From: Candidatus Izemoplasmatales bacterium
GTDB taxonomy: Bacteria > Bacillota_I > Bacilli_A > Izemoplasmatales > Hujiaoplasmataceae
Assembly (NCBI GenBank): GCA_050177605.1
Contig: JBFXGX010000005.1
Span: forward strand, 22,047 to 86,046
Length of the DNA stretch: 64,000 nucleotides
Reading direction: 5' to 3'
Every line of letters begins with the position of its first letter. Position 1 is the stretch's first letter. This document shows, piece by piece, positions 42,846 through 54,439 of this stretch. The notes beneath the pieces are model-generated. The model saw only the letters and a list, made by a program, of their open reading frames with translations. It had not been told where the DNA came from and ran no database searches. A program made the translations under genes and the position numbers.

Positions 42846-43970
42846 ATGAATTTTTCTATTTTAACGGAAGTCTTACTGAATAATTTATTGATTGCACAAA
42901 AAGCTTTATCTACAAGAACACCAGCTCCTTATTTACAAGGTATTAAGTTAGAAGTATATCCTAAAGAAATTGTGATGATCACAAGTAATGCGGATATTTC
43001 TATTAAATTATCAATTAAAGATGAAAGCTTAGAAGTGAATACTACAGGAGAAGTTTTAATCCCTGGGAAATTCTTTGTAGATATCATTCGTAAGTTAAGT
43101 GGTGAAACAACGAAATTATCAACCATAGAGAATAATATTTTAAGAATAGAAGCTGGAAACAGTGATGTTACTTTAAATTTATTGAATGTTGAAGATTATC
43201 CAGAACTTGATTTCGTTTTAAACGACACACCAATTCGTTTAGATTCTAAAGTGATGAAAGCTATTATTCGTCAAACAACATTCGCGACTTCAGCGATTGA
43301 GAACCGTCCAATTTTAACTGGGGTTAATATCCGTGTAGACGGTGAAAGATTAGTGGCGATTGCGACAGATTCATTCCGTTTGAGTCAAAAAATAATTGAT
43401 GTTCCTTCTAATTTTGAAAACATGAATGTTGTTATTCCTGGAAAGAGTTTAGACGAACTATTTAAGGTGCTAGAACTTAATTTAGATGAAATTTTAATTC
43501 ATTTAGATCATAAATCAATTTTATTTGAATACGGAAATGTTTTATTCCAATCTCGTTTACTGGATGGAAACTTCCCAGAAACTTCAAGACTAATACCTGC
43601 AGATTTTCCAATTATTATTAAATTTAAAAAAGATGATTTATTTGTCGCAATTGATCGTGCGTCATTATTATCTCAAAAAGATGGATCTACAAGCATTGTT
43701 AAGTTACATTTACGTAATGACAATCAAGTAGAAATCACTTCAAACTCTCCTGAAATTGGTAAAGTTACTGAAGAAGTTTATCCGTTAGAAAAAGCCGTTG
43801 GCGTTCCAATTAAAATTGCATTTAGTTCTAAATATTTCTTGGATGCATTAAAAACATTTAATTCTAATGAAATTTATGTTAAATTTACTGGAGAAATTCG
43901 TCCATTCGTTATTGAAGGAGACGAGGATCCAGGGCTTATTCAATTAATTTTACCTGTTCGTACAGAATAA
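42846..43970 (+). CDS. dnaN: DNA polymerase III beta sliding clamp
   Basis: RPILTGV, ATDSFRLS, SRLLDGNFPE, QLILPVR. Confidence 0.97.
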   Translation: MNFSILTEVLLNNLLIAQKALSTRTPAPYLQGIKLEVYPKEIVMITSNADISIKLSIKDESLEVNTTGEVLIPGKFFVDIIRKLSGETTKLSTIENNILRIEAGNSDVTLNLLNVEDYPELDFVLNDTPIRLDSKVMKAIIRQTTFATSAIENRPILTGVNIRVDGERLVAIATDSFRLSQKIIDVPSNFENMNVVIPGKSLDELFKVLELNLDEILIHLDHKSILFEYGNVLFQSRLLDGNFPETSRLIPADFPIIIKFKKDDLFVAIDRASLLSQKDGSTSIVKLHLRNDNQVEITSNSPEIGKVTEEVYPLEKAVGVPIKIAFSSKYFLDALKTFNSNEIYVKFTGEIRPFVIEGDEDPGLIQLILPVRTE

Positions 43971-43983
43971 ATTTAAAAACAAG

Positions 43984-44012
43984 AGAAGATGAAAAAATCA
44001 TCTTCTTTTTTT
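43984..44012 (+). terminator. Terminator after dnaN
   Basis: AGAAGATGA-AAAAA-TCATCTTCT followed by a T run. Confidence 0.78.
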
Positions 44013-44078
44013 AAACATTTATTGCATTTTCAATCCTTTAATGATATTATCATTACGGTTTCAAAGAAGGAGAAGACT

Positions 44079-45488
44079 ATGAATAAATTTTATGATGTTG
44101 TCATTGTTGGTGCTGGTCCTGCGGGAACGATGTGCGCTTATGAACTTACAAAACAAAATCCAGCATTAAAAATTCTACTTGTAGACAAAGGAAATGATAT
44201 TTATCATCGTCGTTGTCCTATTTTAGAAAAGAAAATTGCGAAATGTCCGGTTCAAAAAAACGGATTTGTAGGATGTTTACCTCATTGTTCAATCACCAAT
44301 GGATTTGGTGGTGCAGGGGCTTATTCAGACGGTAAATTTAACATTACTAGTGAATACGGCGGCTGGATGGATGAATATATGGATGCGGATGAATTAGAAA
44401 GTTTGATTAAATATGTTGATCAAATCAATCTTGAATTTGGTGCACCGCTCGAAATTACCGATCCTACAACAGATAAAGTGAAAGAAATTGAAAGAAGAGG
44501 TCTTGCGGTAGGATTAAAATTACTACGAGGACAAGTCCGCCATTTAGGTACCGAAATCAACTTACAAATATTAAAGAACATCTTTGAATATCTTCAAGAA
44601 AAAATAACAATGATTTACAAAACAGAAGTCAGTAATATATATGTCGAAGACGATCAAATTAAGGGTATTTTGTTAGAAACTGGCGAAAGAATCGACGCTA
44701 GACACGTAGTTATCACCCCAGGAAGAGATGGGTCAAGTTGGTTAACATCGATTTGTAATACTCATAAAATTCCGATGACCGCAAACCATGTAGATGTTGG
44801 AGTACGCGTTGAGACAAACAACGAAATTATGGAAGAAATTAATACTCATTTATATGAAGGAAAATTTATTTTCCGTACAAGTTCAGGATCAAGAGTAAGA
44901 ACATTCTGTTCTAACCCATCAGGACATGTTGTTATCGAAAATCATTCAGGTACGATATTAGCCAACGGTCACGCTTACGCTGATTCAGCTTTAGGATCTA
45001 AAAATACAAATTTTGCACTATTAGTATCACATAATTTTACAGAACCATTTAATCAACCAAATGAATATGCACAAAGCGTTTCAAAACTCGCTAATATGCT
45101 TAGTAACGGTTCTGTGATTATTCAGCGTTATGGGGATATATTAAAAGGCAGAAGATCAACAGAAAAAAGAATTAAAGAAGGATTCGTTACACCTACTTTA
45201 AAAGAAGCTGTTCCTGGAGATTTATCCTTAGTTTTACCGTTTAAGACGATGAAATCAATTATCGAAATGATTGAAGCGCTCGATCATGTAAGTCCTGGTG
45301 TAGCATCAGAACATACATTATTATATGGTGTTGAAGCGAAGTTCTATTCGGCAAGACCAGAAGTTAACGAACATTTTGAATCTAAAATCAAAGGGTTGTA
45401 CTTCGGTGGAGACGGTGCAGGAATCACAAGAGGGCTAGCGCAAGCTGGTGCAAACGGCGTTTCAATCGCAAGAGATATAGTGAAATAA
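44079..45488 (+). CDS. Uncharacterised FAD-dependent oxidoreductase with Cys cluster (COG2509-like)
   Basis: IVGAGPAG, CP..C..C..C, GFGGAGAYSDGK, GDGAGITRG; ATG 44079 with AAGGAG. Confidence 0.85.
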   Translation: MNKFYDVVIVGAGPAGTMCAYELTKQNPALKILLVDKGNDIYHRRCPILEKKIAKCPVQKNGFVGCLPHCSITNGFGGAGAYSDGKFNITSEYGGWMDEYMDADELESLIKYVDQINLEFGAPLEITDPTTDKVKEIERRGLAVGLKLLRGQVRHLGTEINLQILKNIFEYLQEKITMIYKTEVSNIYVEDDQIKGILLETGERIDARHVVITPGRDGSSWLTSICNTHKIPMTANHVDVGVRVETNNEIMEEINTHLYEGKFIFRTSSGSRVRTFCSNPSGHVVIENHSGTILANGHAYADSALGSKNTNFALLVSHNFTEPFNQPNEYAQSVSKLANMLSNGSVIIQRYGDILKGRRSTEKRIKEGFVTPTLKEAVPGDLSLVLPFKTMKSIIEMIEALDHVSPGVASEHTLLYGVEAKFYSARPEVNEHFESKIKGLYFGGDGAGITRGLAQAGANGVSIARDIVK

Positions 45489-45492
45489 AACG

Positions 45493-45518
45493 AAGACTGA
45501 CACGGTTCAGTCTTTTTT
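45493..45518 (+). terminator. Intrinsic terminator
   Basis: AAGACTGA-CACGGT-TCAGTCTTTTTT. Confidence 0.78.
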
Positions 45519-45589
45519 CTTTCATAGAAAGTTATCTTCTCAATTAATGTTACCTATGATATAATGATAGGTGTTTTGAAAGGGGATAA

Positions 45590-46879
<1,290 letters not shown>

Positions 46880-46909
46880 TAGATAAAAGACAAGAAAAGA
46901 GGTTGAGTC

Positions 46910-48145
46910 ATGAGTAGATTTATCGTTGGAGAACATGCAAAGACGAAAAAATTAGAATCAAACATTCTCCAAATTTCTCAAGATGCAAAAAATTTAAAGA
47001 AAGAGTATGATGATGTAATTGACGGAACTGTTGGGATGCTTTTTCATGAAGATGGAACTGTATTTAAGTTTCCTTCAGTAGAAGAATTACTTCACGGATT
47101 AACGGATGCGGAAATTTATCATTATGCACCTGTGAGAGGAACAAAAGCATTTCAAGAAGGTGTATTTAATTGGGTTTTTGGACCGCACAGCGAAACACTT
47201 AAAAAAGAATTTTTTTATAGTGTAATGCCGACCACAGGCGGAAGTGGAGCAATATCAAACACATTTTTTAATTTCAATGATTTTGGACAAAAAATATTGG
47301 TTCCAAATCATTATTGGACTCCTTATGAAAATTTTGCTTTTGAAGCAAATGTCGGATTAACTACCTTTTTAATGTATGATGACAATCTTGCATTTAATCG
47401 TCAAGATTTCAAAGAAAAAGCACTTGCATTAGCAACTTCTCAACAACGATTAACATTACTATTAAATGATCCATGCAATAATCCTACAGGACTATGTCTT
47501 GGACGTACAGATTGGGACTTTGTTGTTGAAGTATTGAACGATATTTCAAACCAAGGTATTCCTGTGGTTTTAATACAAGATATTGCTTATATCGATTATC
47601 AAATGAAACCAACAGAACTTTCTAGAGATAATTTTTTATCTTATCTTAATTTGAATAAAGATATTATGGTTGTTGTTATATTTTCAGGGTCAAAAACATT
47701 CTCAATGTATGGTTTTAGAGTTGGTGCTCAGATAGGTTTATCGAAATCTAAAGAGAACATTGATGATTTTACAAGAGTTGGCGATTATTCAGTTAGAGGA
47801 AGATTTTCAAGTGTTAGCCAACCTGCAATGAGTATAATTGGTAAAATATTTAATGATCAACATTATTTAGATGAGTTTGAATCGGATTTAAAAGTATCCC
47901 GCAAATTACTTCTTGATCGCGCTACCTTATTTTTAGAAGAGGCAAAGAAAAACGATTTACAAATATTGCCTTATAGTGGAGGATTCTTTATTGGTGTTAG
48001 AACAGATAACCCAAATATCTTCACAGATTTGAAAAACGAAAGAGTATTTGTTATTAAGATGGATAACCTAATTCGGATTGCGATCAGTTCCTTGAAACTT
48101 CCAGACATTCCTAGATTAGTTAAAATATTAAAAAAACACATATAA
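46910..48145 (+). CDS. PLP-dependent aminotransferase class I/II
   Basis: GGSGAI, NDPCNNPTG, DIAY, SGSKTFSMYGFRVG. Confidence 0.88.
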   Translation: MSRFIVGEHAKTKKLESNILQISQDAKNLKKEYDDVIDGTVGMLFHEDGTVFKFPSVEELLHGLTDAEIYHYAPVRGTKAFQEGVFNWVFGPHSETLKKEFFYSVMPTTGGSGAISNTFFNFNDFGQKILVPNHYWTPYENFAFEANVGLTTFLMYDDNLAFNRQDFKEKALALATSQQRLTLLLNDPCNNPTGLCLGRTDWDFVVEVLNDISNQGIPVVLIQDIAYIDYQMKPTELSRDNFLSYLNLNKDIMVVVIFSGSKTFSMYGFRVGAQIGLSKSKENIDDFTRVGDYSVRGRFSSVSQPAMSIIGKIFNDQHYLDEFESDLKVSRKLLLDRATLFLEEAKKNDLQILPYSGGFFIGVRTDNPNIFTDLKNERVFVIKMDNLIRIAISSLKLPDIPRLVKILKKHI

Positions 48146-48175
48146 AAAAAGCGTTCAATCGAACGCTTTTCTTTT
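48144..48175. terminator. Bidirectional terminator
   Basis: AAAAGCGTTC-AATC-GAACGCTTTT. Confidence 0.8.
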
Positions 48176-48178
48176 GCT

Positions 48179-49582
48179 TTATTGTTGATTCAAATAGAAG
48201 TATTCTACAAAACTTTTGACCATAACACCAGTGGCTAATCCGTTGGAAGTAGAACTTGTTCCAGCAATATCTAGATGAATCCAAGACGTACCTTTTTCAA
48301 CAAATTCTTCAAGGAACGCAGCGGCTGTAGAAGCTCCTGCATTCTTTCCGCCTTTATTCTTAATATCTGCGACATCACTCTTAATATCTTTGTGATGAGC
48401 TCTAGATACAGGCATTTCCCAAATTGATTCATCAACATTTACTGTCGCGTTTTTGAATGATTCTAAGAATTCTTTGTCGTTTGTAAAGGCACCAGTAAAA
48501 TCTCCACCCAAAGCAGCGACCATTGCGCCAGTTAGTGTGGCTACATCGATGACCTTCTTAGCGCCTTCTTTTTGAGCAAACCAGATAGCATCTCCGAGTG
48601 TTAGTCTTCCTTCGGCATCCGTTGATATGATTTCCACTGTTAATCCCTTAGCGCTGGTTAAAATATCATCCGGAACAATTGCATATTCCCCCATGCGGTT
48701 ATCTGTTGCGGCAACGATACCAATTAAATTGACTTTTAATTTTAATTTGGCGATTGCTTCAATTGCTCCAAGAACCGCTGCTGCACCAGCCATATCACCT
48801 TTCATTCCAGGCATTGAAGTAGGTGTTTTTAATGAATATCCACCAGTATCATACATTACACCTTTTCCGACAAGGGCAGTTGGGTTTTCAAAAGTATCTA
48901 GACCTTTGTATTGAATATAAATTAATTTTGGATCGTCATAACTTCCTTTATTAACACCTAGAAATAATCCCATGTTCATTGATTCGATTTCTTTCTTTTC
49001 TATAATTTTTACAGAAATAGCGTCGTATTTTTCCAATCCCTTTGCGTGTGCAGCTAATTTTGCAGCGTTTAGATAATTATAGGGAGCGTTCACCAAGTTT
49101 TTAGTAACAAGAACAGCTTTAGTTGTATGGAATGCTTTAGTGATTACTTTTTCAACATCTAAATCACCATAAAATGAAATTAGACGGTTAACATCTTTTT
49201 TCTTTGATTGAAACAAGATTAAGTCTTCTTGACGATCAAGTAAAGCTTCCGTTAAGTCATAAATTGTCTCTTCGGTAGAATCATTTTCAAAAGTATCTAA
49301 CAAATAAACAGAATCCTCTTTGATATCAGAGAGTTTTTTGAATAATTCTTTTCTTTTTTCTCGGCAGGATAAAACATCGCTTTTTACAAGAACAATTTTT
49401 TTGGTTTTTATGTTTGATGATGGTCTAAGTACAACGACATCATCAGACATTGCTTCATCAAGCAATCCATTTAAAGCAACATTTAAATCTTTGACATAGG
49501 TTCGATTTTGTTTATTGGTTAGTACAATTGTTTTTTCCTCTGTTAGCACATCAAACGTGCTTTGTTCAATAATATCTATCAT
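48179..49582 (-). CDS. pepA: Leucyl aminopeptidase (M17)
   Basis: VGKGVMYDTGG, MKGDMAG, TDAEGRL, ATLTGA, WIHLDIAG. Confidence 0.93.
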   Translation of the reverse strand: MIDIIEQSTFDVLTEEKTIVLTNKQNRTYVKDLNVALNGLLDEAMSDDVVVLRPSSNIKTKKIVLVKSDVLSCREKRKELFKKLSDIKEDSVYLLDTFENDSTEETIYDLTEALLDRQEDLILFQSKKKDVNRLISFYGDLDVEKVITKAFHTTKAVLVTKNLVNAPYNYLNAAKLAAHAKGLEKYDAISVKIIEKKEIESMNMGLFLGVNKGSYDDPKLIYIQYKGLDTFENPTALVGKGVMYDTGGYSLKTPTSMPGMKGDMAGAAAVLGAIEAIAKLKLKVNLIGIVAATDNRMGEYAIVPDDILTSAKGLTVEIISTDAEGRLTLGDAIWFAQKEGAKKVIDVATLTGAMVAALGGDFTGAFTNDKEFLESFKNATVNVDESIWEMPVSRAHHKDIKSDVADIKNKGGKNAGASTAAAFLEEFVEKGTSWIHLDIAGTSSTSNGLATGVMVKSFVEYFYLNQQ

Positions 49583-49657
49583 TTCTATTCCTCCTCAATT
49601 CATTATCTATTATATCACAACTATTAATAATAAAAAAACAATGATTTTACTCATTGT

Positions 49658-50677
49658 TTAGTGTGTTAAGGTACGATCAACAGCGAGTGCTATTTTCTCA
49701 CATTTATCTACTAATTCTTTAAAACGCTCTGGTTTCAGTGATTGTTGGCCATCTGATAATGCTTTTTCAGGTTCATGATGAACTTCAATAATCAACCCAT
49801 CTGCACCAGCAGCGATGGCTGCTTTGGATAATGATTCAATGTATTCCCATCTACCTGCAGCATGTGACGGATCAATAATAATTGGTAAATGACTTAATTT
49901 TTTTACCACCGCAACTGCGCTGATATCCAAGGTGTTTCTTGTGGAAGTTTCATAGGTACGAATTCCTCTTTCACAAAGAATAACATTTGGGTTTCCACCA
50001 GCCATGATGTATTCAGCTGACATTAACCATTCTTCAATGGTATTTGCTAAACCTCTTTTGAGTAGAATTGGTTTGTTTGTTTTACCAAGTTCTTTTAGCA
50101 AAGAGAAGTTTTGCATATTTCTAGCGCCAACTTGGATAATATCTACTTTTTCAACGAATAATGGAACATCTTCAATACTCATTACTTCGCTGACAATTGG
50201 CATATTATATTTTCTTTTCATTTCCTGCAAAATATCTAAACCAGGGATTCCTAAACCTTGGAATGAATAAGGGCTAGTTCTTGGTTTATATGCGCCAGCT
50301 CGTAGCATAGAAGCGCCATACTCTTTTACTAGAGGAGTGATAATGTTCATTTGTTCTTCTGTTTCGACAGCACAGGGACCACCAATAATGACGACATTTT
50401 TTCCGCCAATTTTTATACCGTCGACATCGACAATTGTGTCATCTGGTTTAAATTTACGATTGACCTTTTTAAATGGTTCTTGAACTCTGAGAACTGAGTC
50501 AACGAAATCATAGACATAAAAAGATTGTATGTCTATTTTCGAGGTATCGCCAATGACCCCAAAAATAGTAATGGTAGAACCAATACTTTCGTGGATATCA
50601 AACCCTTGGCTTTTTAGATTGGAGCGTAACTGCTCAATCTGTGCTTGTTTGGTTCCTTCTTTTAACTTAATAATCAT
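49658..50677 (-). CDS. aroF: DAHP synthase class I-beta with N-terminal regulatory domain
   Basis: GPCAVE, KPRTSPYSFQG, GARNMQN, LKRG, CERGIR, DPSHA. Confidence 0.95.
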   Translation of the reverse strand: MIIKLKEGTKQAQIEQLRSNLKSQGFDIHESIGSTITIFGVIGDTSKIDIQSFYVYDFVDSVLRVQEPFKKVNRKFKPDDTIVDVDGIKIGGKNVVIIGGPCAVETEEQMNIITPLVKEYGASMLRAGAYKPRTSPYSFQGLGIPGLDILQEMKRKYNMPIVSEVMSIEDVPLFVEKVDIIQVGARNMQNFSLLKELGKTNKPILLKRGLANTIEEWLMSAEYIMAGGNPNVILCERGIRTYETSTRNTLDISAVAVVKKLSHLPIIIDPSHAAGRWEYIESLSKAAIAAGADGLIIEVHHEPEKALSDGQQSLKPERFKELVDKCEKIALAVDRTLTH

Positions 50678-51108
50678 GATTGTTGTCCCTTTCTAAAGTA
50701 AGCAATAGCTTCAATATATCCATCGAAGCCTTTTCCTGAAATTTGTTTGATACATGCATCTTTGATGACGGATACAGCACGAAATGGTTCACGACTATAA
50801 ATATCAGAGATATGAACCTCAATCGCTTCGTATTTGCATGCTTTGATAGCATCATAAAGTGCATAAGAATAATGTGTGAGAGCACCAGGGTTGATGACAA
50901 GACGATGAAATGCATCCATTTTTTCTTGTAATAAATCGATTAGTTCTCCCTCATGATTTGACTGGTATATTTCACAATGAATTTTTTCCTTCGTTGTGTA
51001 GTCAAGAATCATATTCACAAGATCGTTATAAGAGGCAGTTCCATAAATTCCTGGTTCACGAACGCCTAACATATTTAAATTTGGTCCATTAATAACTAAG
51101 ATATTCAT
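50674..51108 (-). CDS. aroQ: Type II 3-dehydroquinate dehydratase
   Basis: INGPNLNMLGVREPGIYG, QSNHEG, NPGALTH, EVHIS; ATG 51108. Confidence 0.96.
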   Translation of the reverse strand: MNILVINGPNLNMLGVREPGIYGTASYNDLVNMILDYTTKEKIHCEIYQSNHEGELIDLLQEKMDAFHRLVINPGALTHYSYALYDAIKACKYEAIEVHISDIYSREPFRAVSVIKDACIKQISGKGFDGYIEAIAYFRKGQQS

Positions 51109-52339
51109 CAATGATACCTTCCATTTCTTTTGAATGATACACTGTATCGTGTTCAATATGAATGATATAATCAGCGTATTTCTTATAGAGTGGATATCGT
51201 TCTTTTGCTAGACGATATACATCATCCGAACCTTTGATTAAAGGTCTGTTTTGAATTGATAAATTTGCGATACGATCTGGGCTTTTATCCAAAAAGAAGA
51301 CAAGACCATTTTGTTTTAGTTTCATCATCAACGAATCGTTTAGGACCATTCCCCCACCAGTTGAAATGACTTGATTCAGCGATTTATAGATACTATCAAC
51401 AAGATCAGATTCCATTTGTCGGAATGGTTTTTCACCAAATTCCTCGAAAATTTCAGAAACTTTTTTTTCTTGTTGTTTTTCAATCAAAGCATCGGTATCA
51501 ACAACAATTTTGTCAGTGATTTCTCCAAAGATTTTAGCATACTTTGATTTGCCACTTAATGGCAATCCAATTAATACTATATTATACATCATTTTTTTGA
51601 TTTGACGATAAGTTTGCTCGATTTGTAACGAGGATATTGATAAATTGAAAAAAAGTTCATGCGCTGTGGCTGCTTGAGCAACGAGCATATACAAACCACC
51701 AACTGCTTTGATGCCTAAAAGTTTGGCTTTTAAGACAAGATTAGTTTGTAATGGTTGATAAACTAAGTCAATTACTTCGGTAAGCGTAGGTATTTCTTCT
51801 AAAGGAAAGAAAAGTTCATCTTCATTATGAGGATACATTCCAATCGGTGTTGTATTGATTAAAATATCATAATCTTTCACTAAAGGTAAGTCTTGAAGAC
51901 TAATCTCACCCTCGTTTTTTGGGTGACGACATATTTTTTTAACACTAGAAACGTGCTCGTTTACGCAAACAGCTTCAATTGTTTTTGAGGATCCTCCGTT
52001 ACCAATAATAAGTACTTTTTTATACATCAAATTGATATGATAATGGTTGAGTAACTGTTTAAAACCGTCGTAGTCTGTATTATAGCCTATCCAACTTCCG
52101 TTTTTTTGAACGATTGTATTTACTGCGCCAGCGAAACTTGCATAGCCTTCCAAATGATCTAAATAAGGGATGATTTGTTCTTTATAAGGAATAGTTACAT
52201 TAAAACCAGTAAAATCTTTCATTGTTAAAAACGAAGAAACATCATCTGTTTCTACTAAATGATAGGCCTTGTTTCCAAAGGACGCATGAATTTCTTTGGA
52301 AAGGGAGTGTTTTAATGTTTTTCCTAGTAATCCAAACAT
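51089..52339 (-). CDS. Bifunctional shikimate dehydrogenase (AroE) / shikimate kinase (AroK)
   Basis: HSLS, NVTIPYK, GAVNT, NTD, GLYMLVAQA followed by LIGLPLSGKS, DTD, GEKPFR, STGGG, RPL. Confidence 0.93.
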   Translation of the reverse strand: MFGLLGKTLKHSLSKEIHASFGNKAYHLVETDDVSSFLTMKDFTGFNVTIPYKEQIIPYLDHLEGYASFAGAVNTIVQKNGSWIGYNTDYDGFKQLLNHYHINLMYKKVLIIGNGGSSKTIEAVCVNEHVSSVKKICRHPKNEGEISLQDLPLVKDYDILINTTPIGMYPHNEDELFFPLEEIPTLTEVIDLVYQPLQTNLVLKAKLLGIKAVGGLYMLVAQAATAHELFFNLSISSLQIEQTYRQIKKMMYNIVLIGLPLSGKSKYAKIFGEITDKIVVDTDALIEKQQEKKVSEIFEEFGEKPFRQMESDLVDSIYKSLNQVISTGGGMVLNDSLMMKLKQNGLVFFLDKSPDRIANLSIQNRPLIKGSDDVYRLAKERYPLYKKYADYIIHIEHDTVYHSKEMEGIIDEYLSY

Positions 52340-52340
52340 G

Positions 52341-53435
52341 TTATTTCATCCAATCTTTATTTTTTGAAAAGGTCATAAAATCTAAGATTCCAAAATAGAG
52401 AACACTATTTATGACATGTACTACACGGTTAACAATCGCTGGATCGTGTCTACCTTTAATTTCTAACATTTCCTCTTTCATCGTTTCTAAATTAACGGTT
52501 TGTTGAGGAAGCGCAATAGAAGGGGTTGGTTTAACCGCGACGCGGACAACCACAGGCATACCTGTCGTGATTCCACCTAAAATTCCTCCATTATTGTTGG
52601 ATTTTGTGACGACTTTTCCATCAATAATTTGATATTCATCATTTGCTTCTTTTCCGGTTAGTTTTGTAATATCAAAACCAAGACCAAATTCAACCCCCTT
52701 AATAGAAGGCACACTGAAAAGTAAAGAAGATAAGTAACTTTCTAGAGATAAAAACAAAGGATCTCCCAGCCCAGCTGGTAATCCAACAATGGCGGATTCT
52801 ACTCTTCCACCGACAGAATTAAGGCTTTCTTTGGCAGAAGCAATTCGCTCTTTCATTGCTTCTTCTTTTTGGTGATCAATCAAAGGAAAATCTTCAGTTT
52901 CTAATTTTTGAATCAAATTTTGTGAAACAGTTACTAAATCAAAAGAAGAATCAAAAATATCATTTAACGAAAGGATATGAGATCCAACAAATATTCCTGA
53001 ATCATTTAAGACTTGTTTGGCAATTGCCCCTGCAATAACCATCAAAGCCGTTAGTCTACCTGAAAAAATACCTCCGCCACGAGGGTCTTGGAAACCGTTG
53101 TATTTCACTTGAGCAGGATAATCTGCGTGAGATGGACGAGGACGTTGTTTCAAAGACGAATAATCACTGGAAATTTTATTTTCATTTTCAATGATAAAAG
53201 TTAATGGAGCCCCGGTTGTATATCCTTCATATAAACCAGTGATTATTTTATAATGATCGCTCTCACTGCGTGAAGTAGAATAGATTGATTTTGGTCTTCT
53301 TTTTGTAAGTGCGTTTTGAATTAATTCTTCATTGAGTAAGATTCCTGGCGCAAGACCATCAATAGTGATACCCATAGCGTCACCATGGGACTCGCCAAAA
53401 AGAGTCATTTTTACGCTTAGTCCAAAGGTATTCAT
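52341..53435 (-). CDS. aroC: Chorismate synthase
   Basis: FGESHG, RPSHAD, SGRLT, NNGGILGG, KPTPSI, GRHDP. Confidence 0.96.
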   Translation of the reverse strand: MNTFGLSVKMTLFGESHGDAMGITIDGLAPGILLNEELIQNALTKRRPKSIYSTSRSESDHYKIITGLYEGYTTGAPLTFIIENENKISSDYSSLKQRPRPSHADYPAQVKYNGFQDPRGGGIFSGRLTALMVIAGAIAKQVLNDSGIFVGSHILSLNDIFDSSFDLVTVSQNLIQKLETEDFPLIDHQKEEAMKERIASAKESLNSVGGRVESAIVGLPAGLGDPLFLSLESYLSSLLFSVPSIKGVEFGLGFDITKLTGKEANDEYQIIDGKVVTKSNNNGGILGGITTGMPVVVRVAVKPTPSIALPQQTVNLETMKEEMLEIKGRHDPAIVNRVVHVINSVLYFGILDFMTFSKNKDWMK

Positions 53436-53447
53436 TTTTTCACCTCT

Positions 53448-54434
53448 TTATAATTGAAATGTTGATTTGGTAATAACACTCTCACCGATTGTGAGTACAT
53501 CAACAATATTCAGTAATTCACCACGATTTTTTTTATCGCGATTAATATATTCTTTTAGTTTTGGTAATTCCACCGCGTCATCGGTTGGAAGATGATATTT
53601 TTTAAGTACTTCGACAAGTTCCTTACGTACATCATTCTTCGATAAAACCATCACCATACCAATCGCAACTGCCTCACCGTGCAAGTATTTTTGGTAGGCA
53701 TAATAGGATTCAATTGCATGTCCAAACGTATGTCCAAAGTTCAGTGATTGACGAAGTCCATTATCGAATTCATCCTTTTCAACATAACTCTTTTTAATTA
53801 ATAAAGAACGATAAATAAAATCGACGAAATTTTTATAAACATCTTCATTCTTAATTTTATAAAAGAGTTCTTTATCCGCAATCATTCCATACTTAATCAT
53901 TTCTGCCATACCATTTGATTTTTGTCTGTCAGATAAAGTATCTAATGTGGTAGGATCAATAAAGACGGCAACAGGTGGATAGAAACTACCAATTACATTC
54001 TTCCCCTTCGAAGAATTAATCGCCACTTTTCCACCAACGCTTGAGTCAATTTGAGAGAGTAAAGTCGTGGGGATTTGAATAAAGTCAATTCCACGTAAAT
54101 AAACACTGGCTACAAAGCCGACTAAGTCTCCTGTAACCCCGCCACCAAGAGCGATTAAACACGCATCTTTTTTAATATTTAATTCCAGTAACTTTTCAGT
54201 TATTTCTTCGAAAACCGCTAAGGATTTTGAAGATTCACCAGCAGGAAAAGAAAGGAAAATAGGGTTTTTACATGCGTTTTTCACTTTTGTAATATAGACT
54301 TCTGGTATGCAGTTATCTGAGATGATTACATATTGTTTTGTCGGATCTAAATATTCTTTTAAATGTCCAAGAAGATGGTTTTGAATATAGACAGTATATA
54401 TGCCTTTCGAAGAAGTAACATCTATTTTTTTCAT
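53448..54434 (-). CDS. aroB: 3-dehydroquinate synthase
   Basis: GGGVTGDL, PTTLLSQIDSSVGGK, LNFGHTFGHAIE, HGEAV. Confidence 0.97.
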   Translation of the reverse strand: MKKIDVTSSKGIYTVYIQNHLLGHLKEYLDPTKQYVIISDNCIPEVYITKVKNACKNPIFLSFPAGESSKSLAVFEEITEKLLELNIKKDACLIALGGGVTGDLVGFVASVYLRGIDFIQIPTTLLSQIDSSVGGKVAINSSKGKNVIGSFYPPVAVFIDPTTLDTLSDRQKSNGMAEMIKYGMIADKELFYKIKNEDVYKNFVDFIYRSLLIKKSYVEKDEFDNGLRQSLNFGHTFGHAIESYYAYQKYLHGEAVAIGMVMVLSKNDVRKELVEVLKKYHLPTDDAVELPKLKEYINRDKKNRGELLNIVDVLTIGESVITKSTFQL

Positions 54435-54439
54435 TTATT

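Noticed and set aside
48600..48635. PepA motif STDAEGRL instead of NTDAEGRL
   Set aside because: The metal ligands and catalytic Lys/Arg are retained; this is a minor variant.
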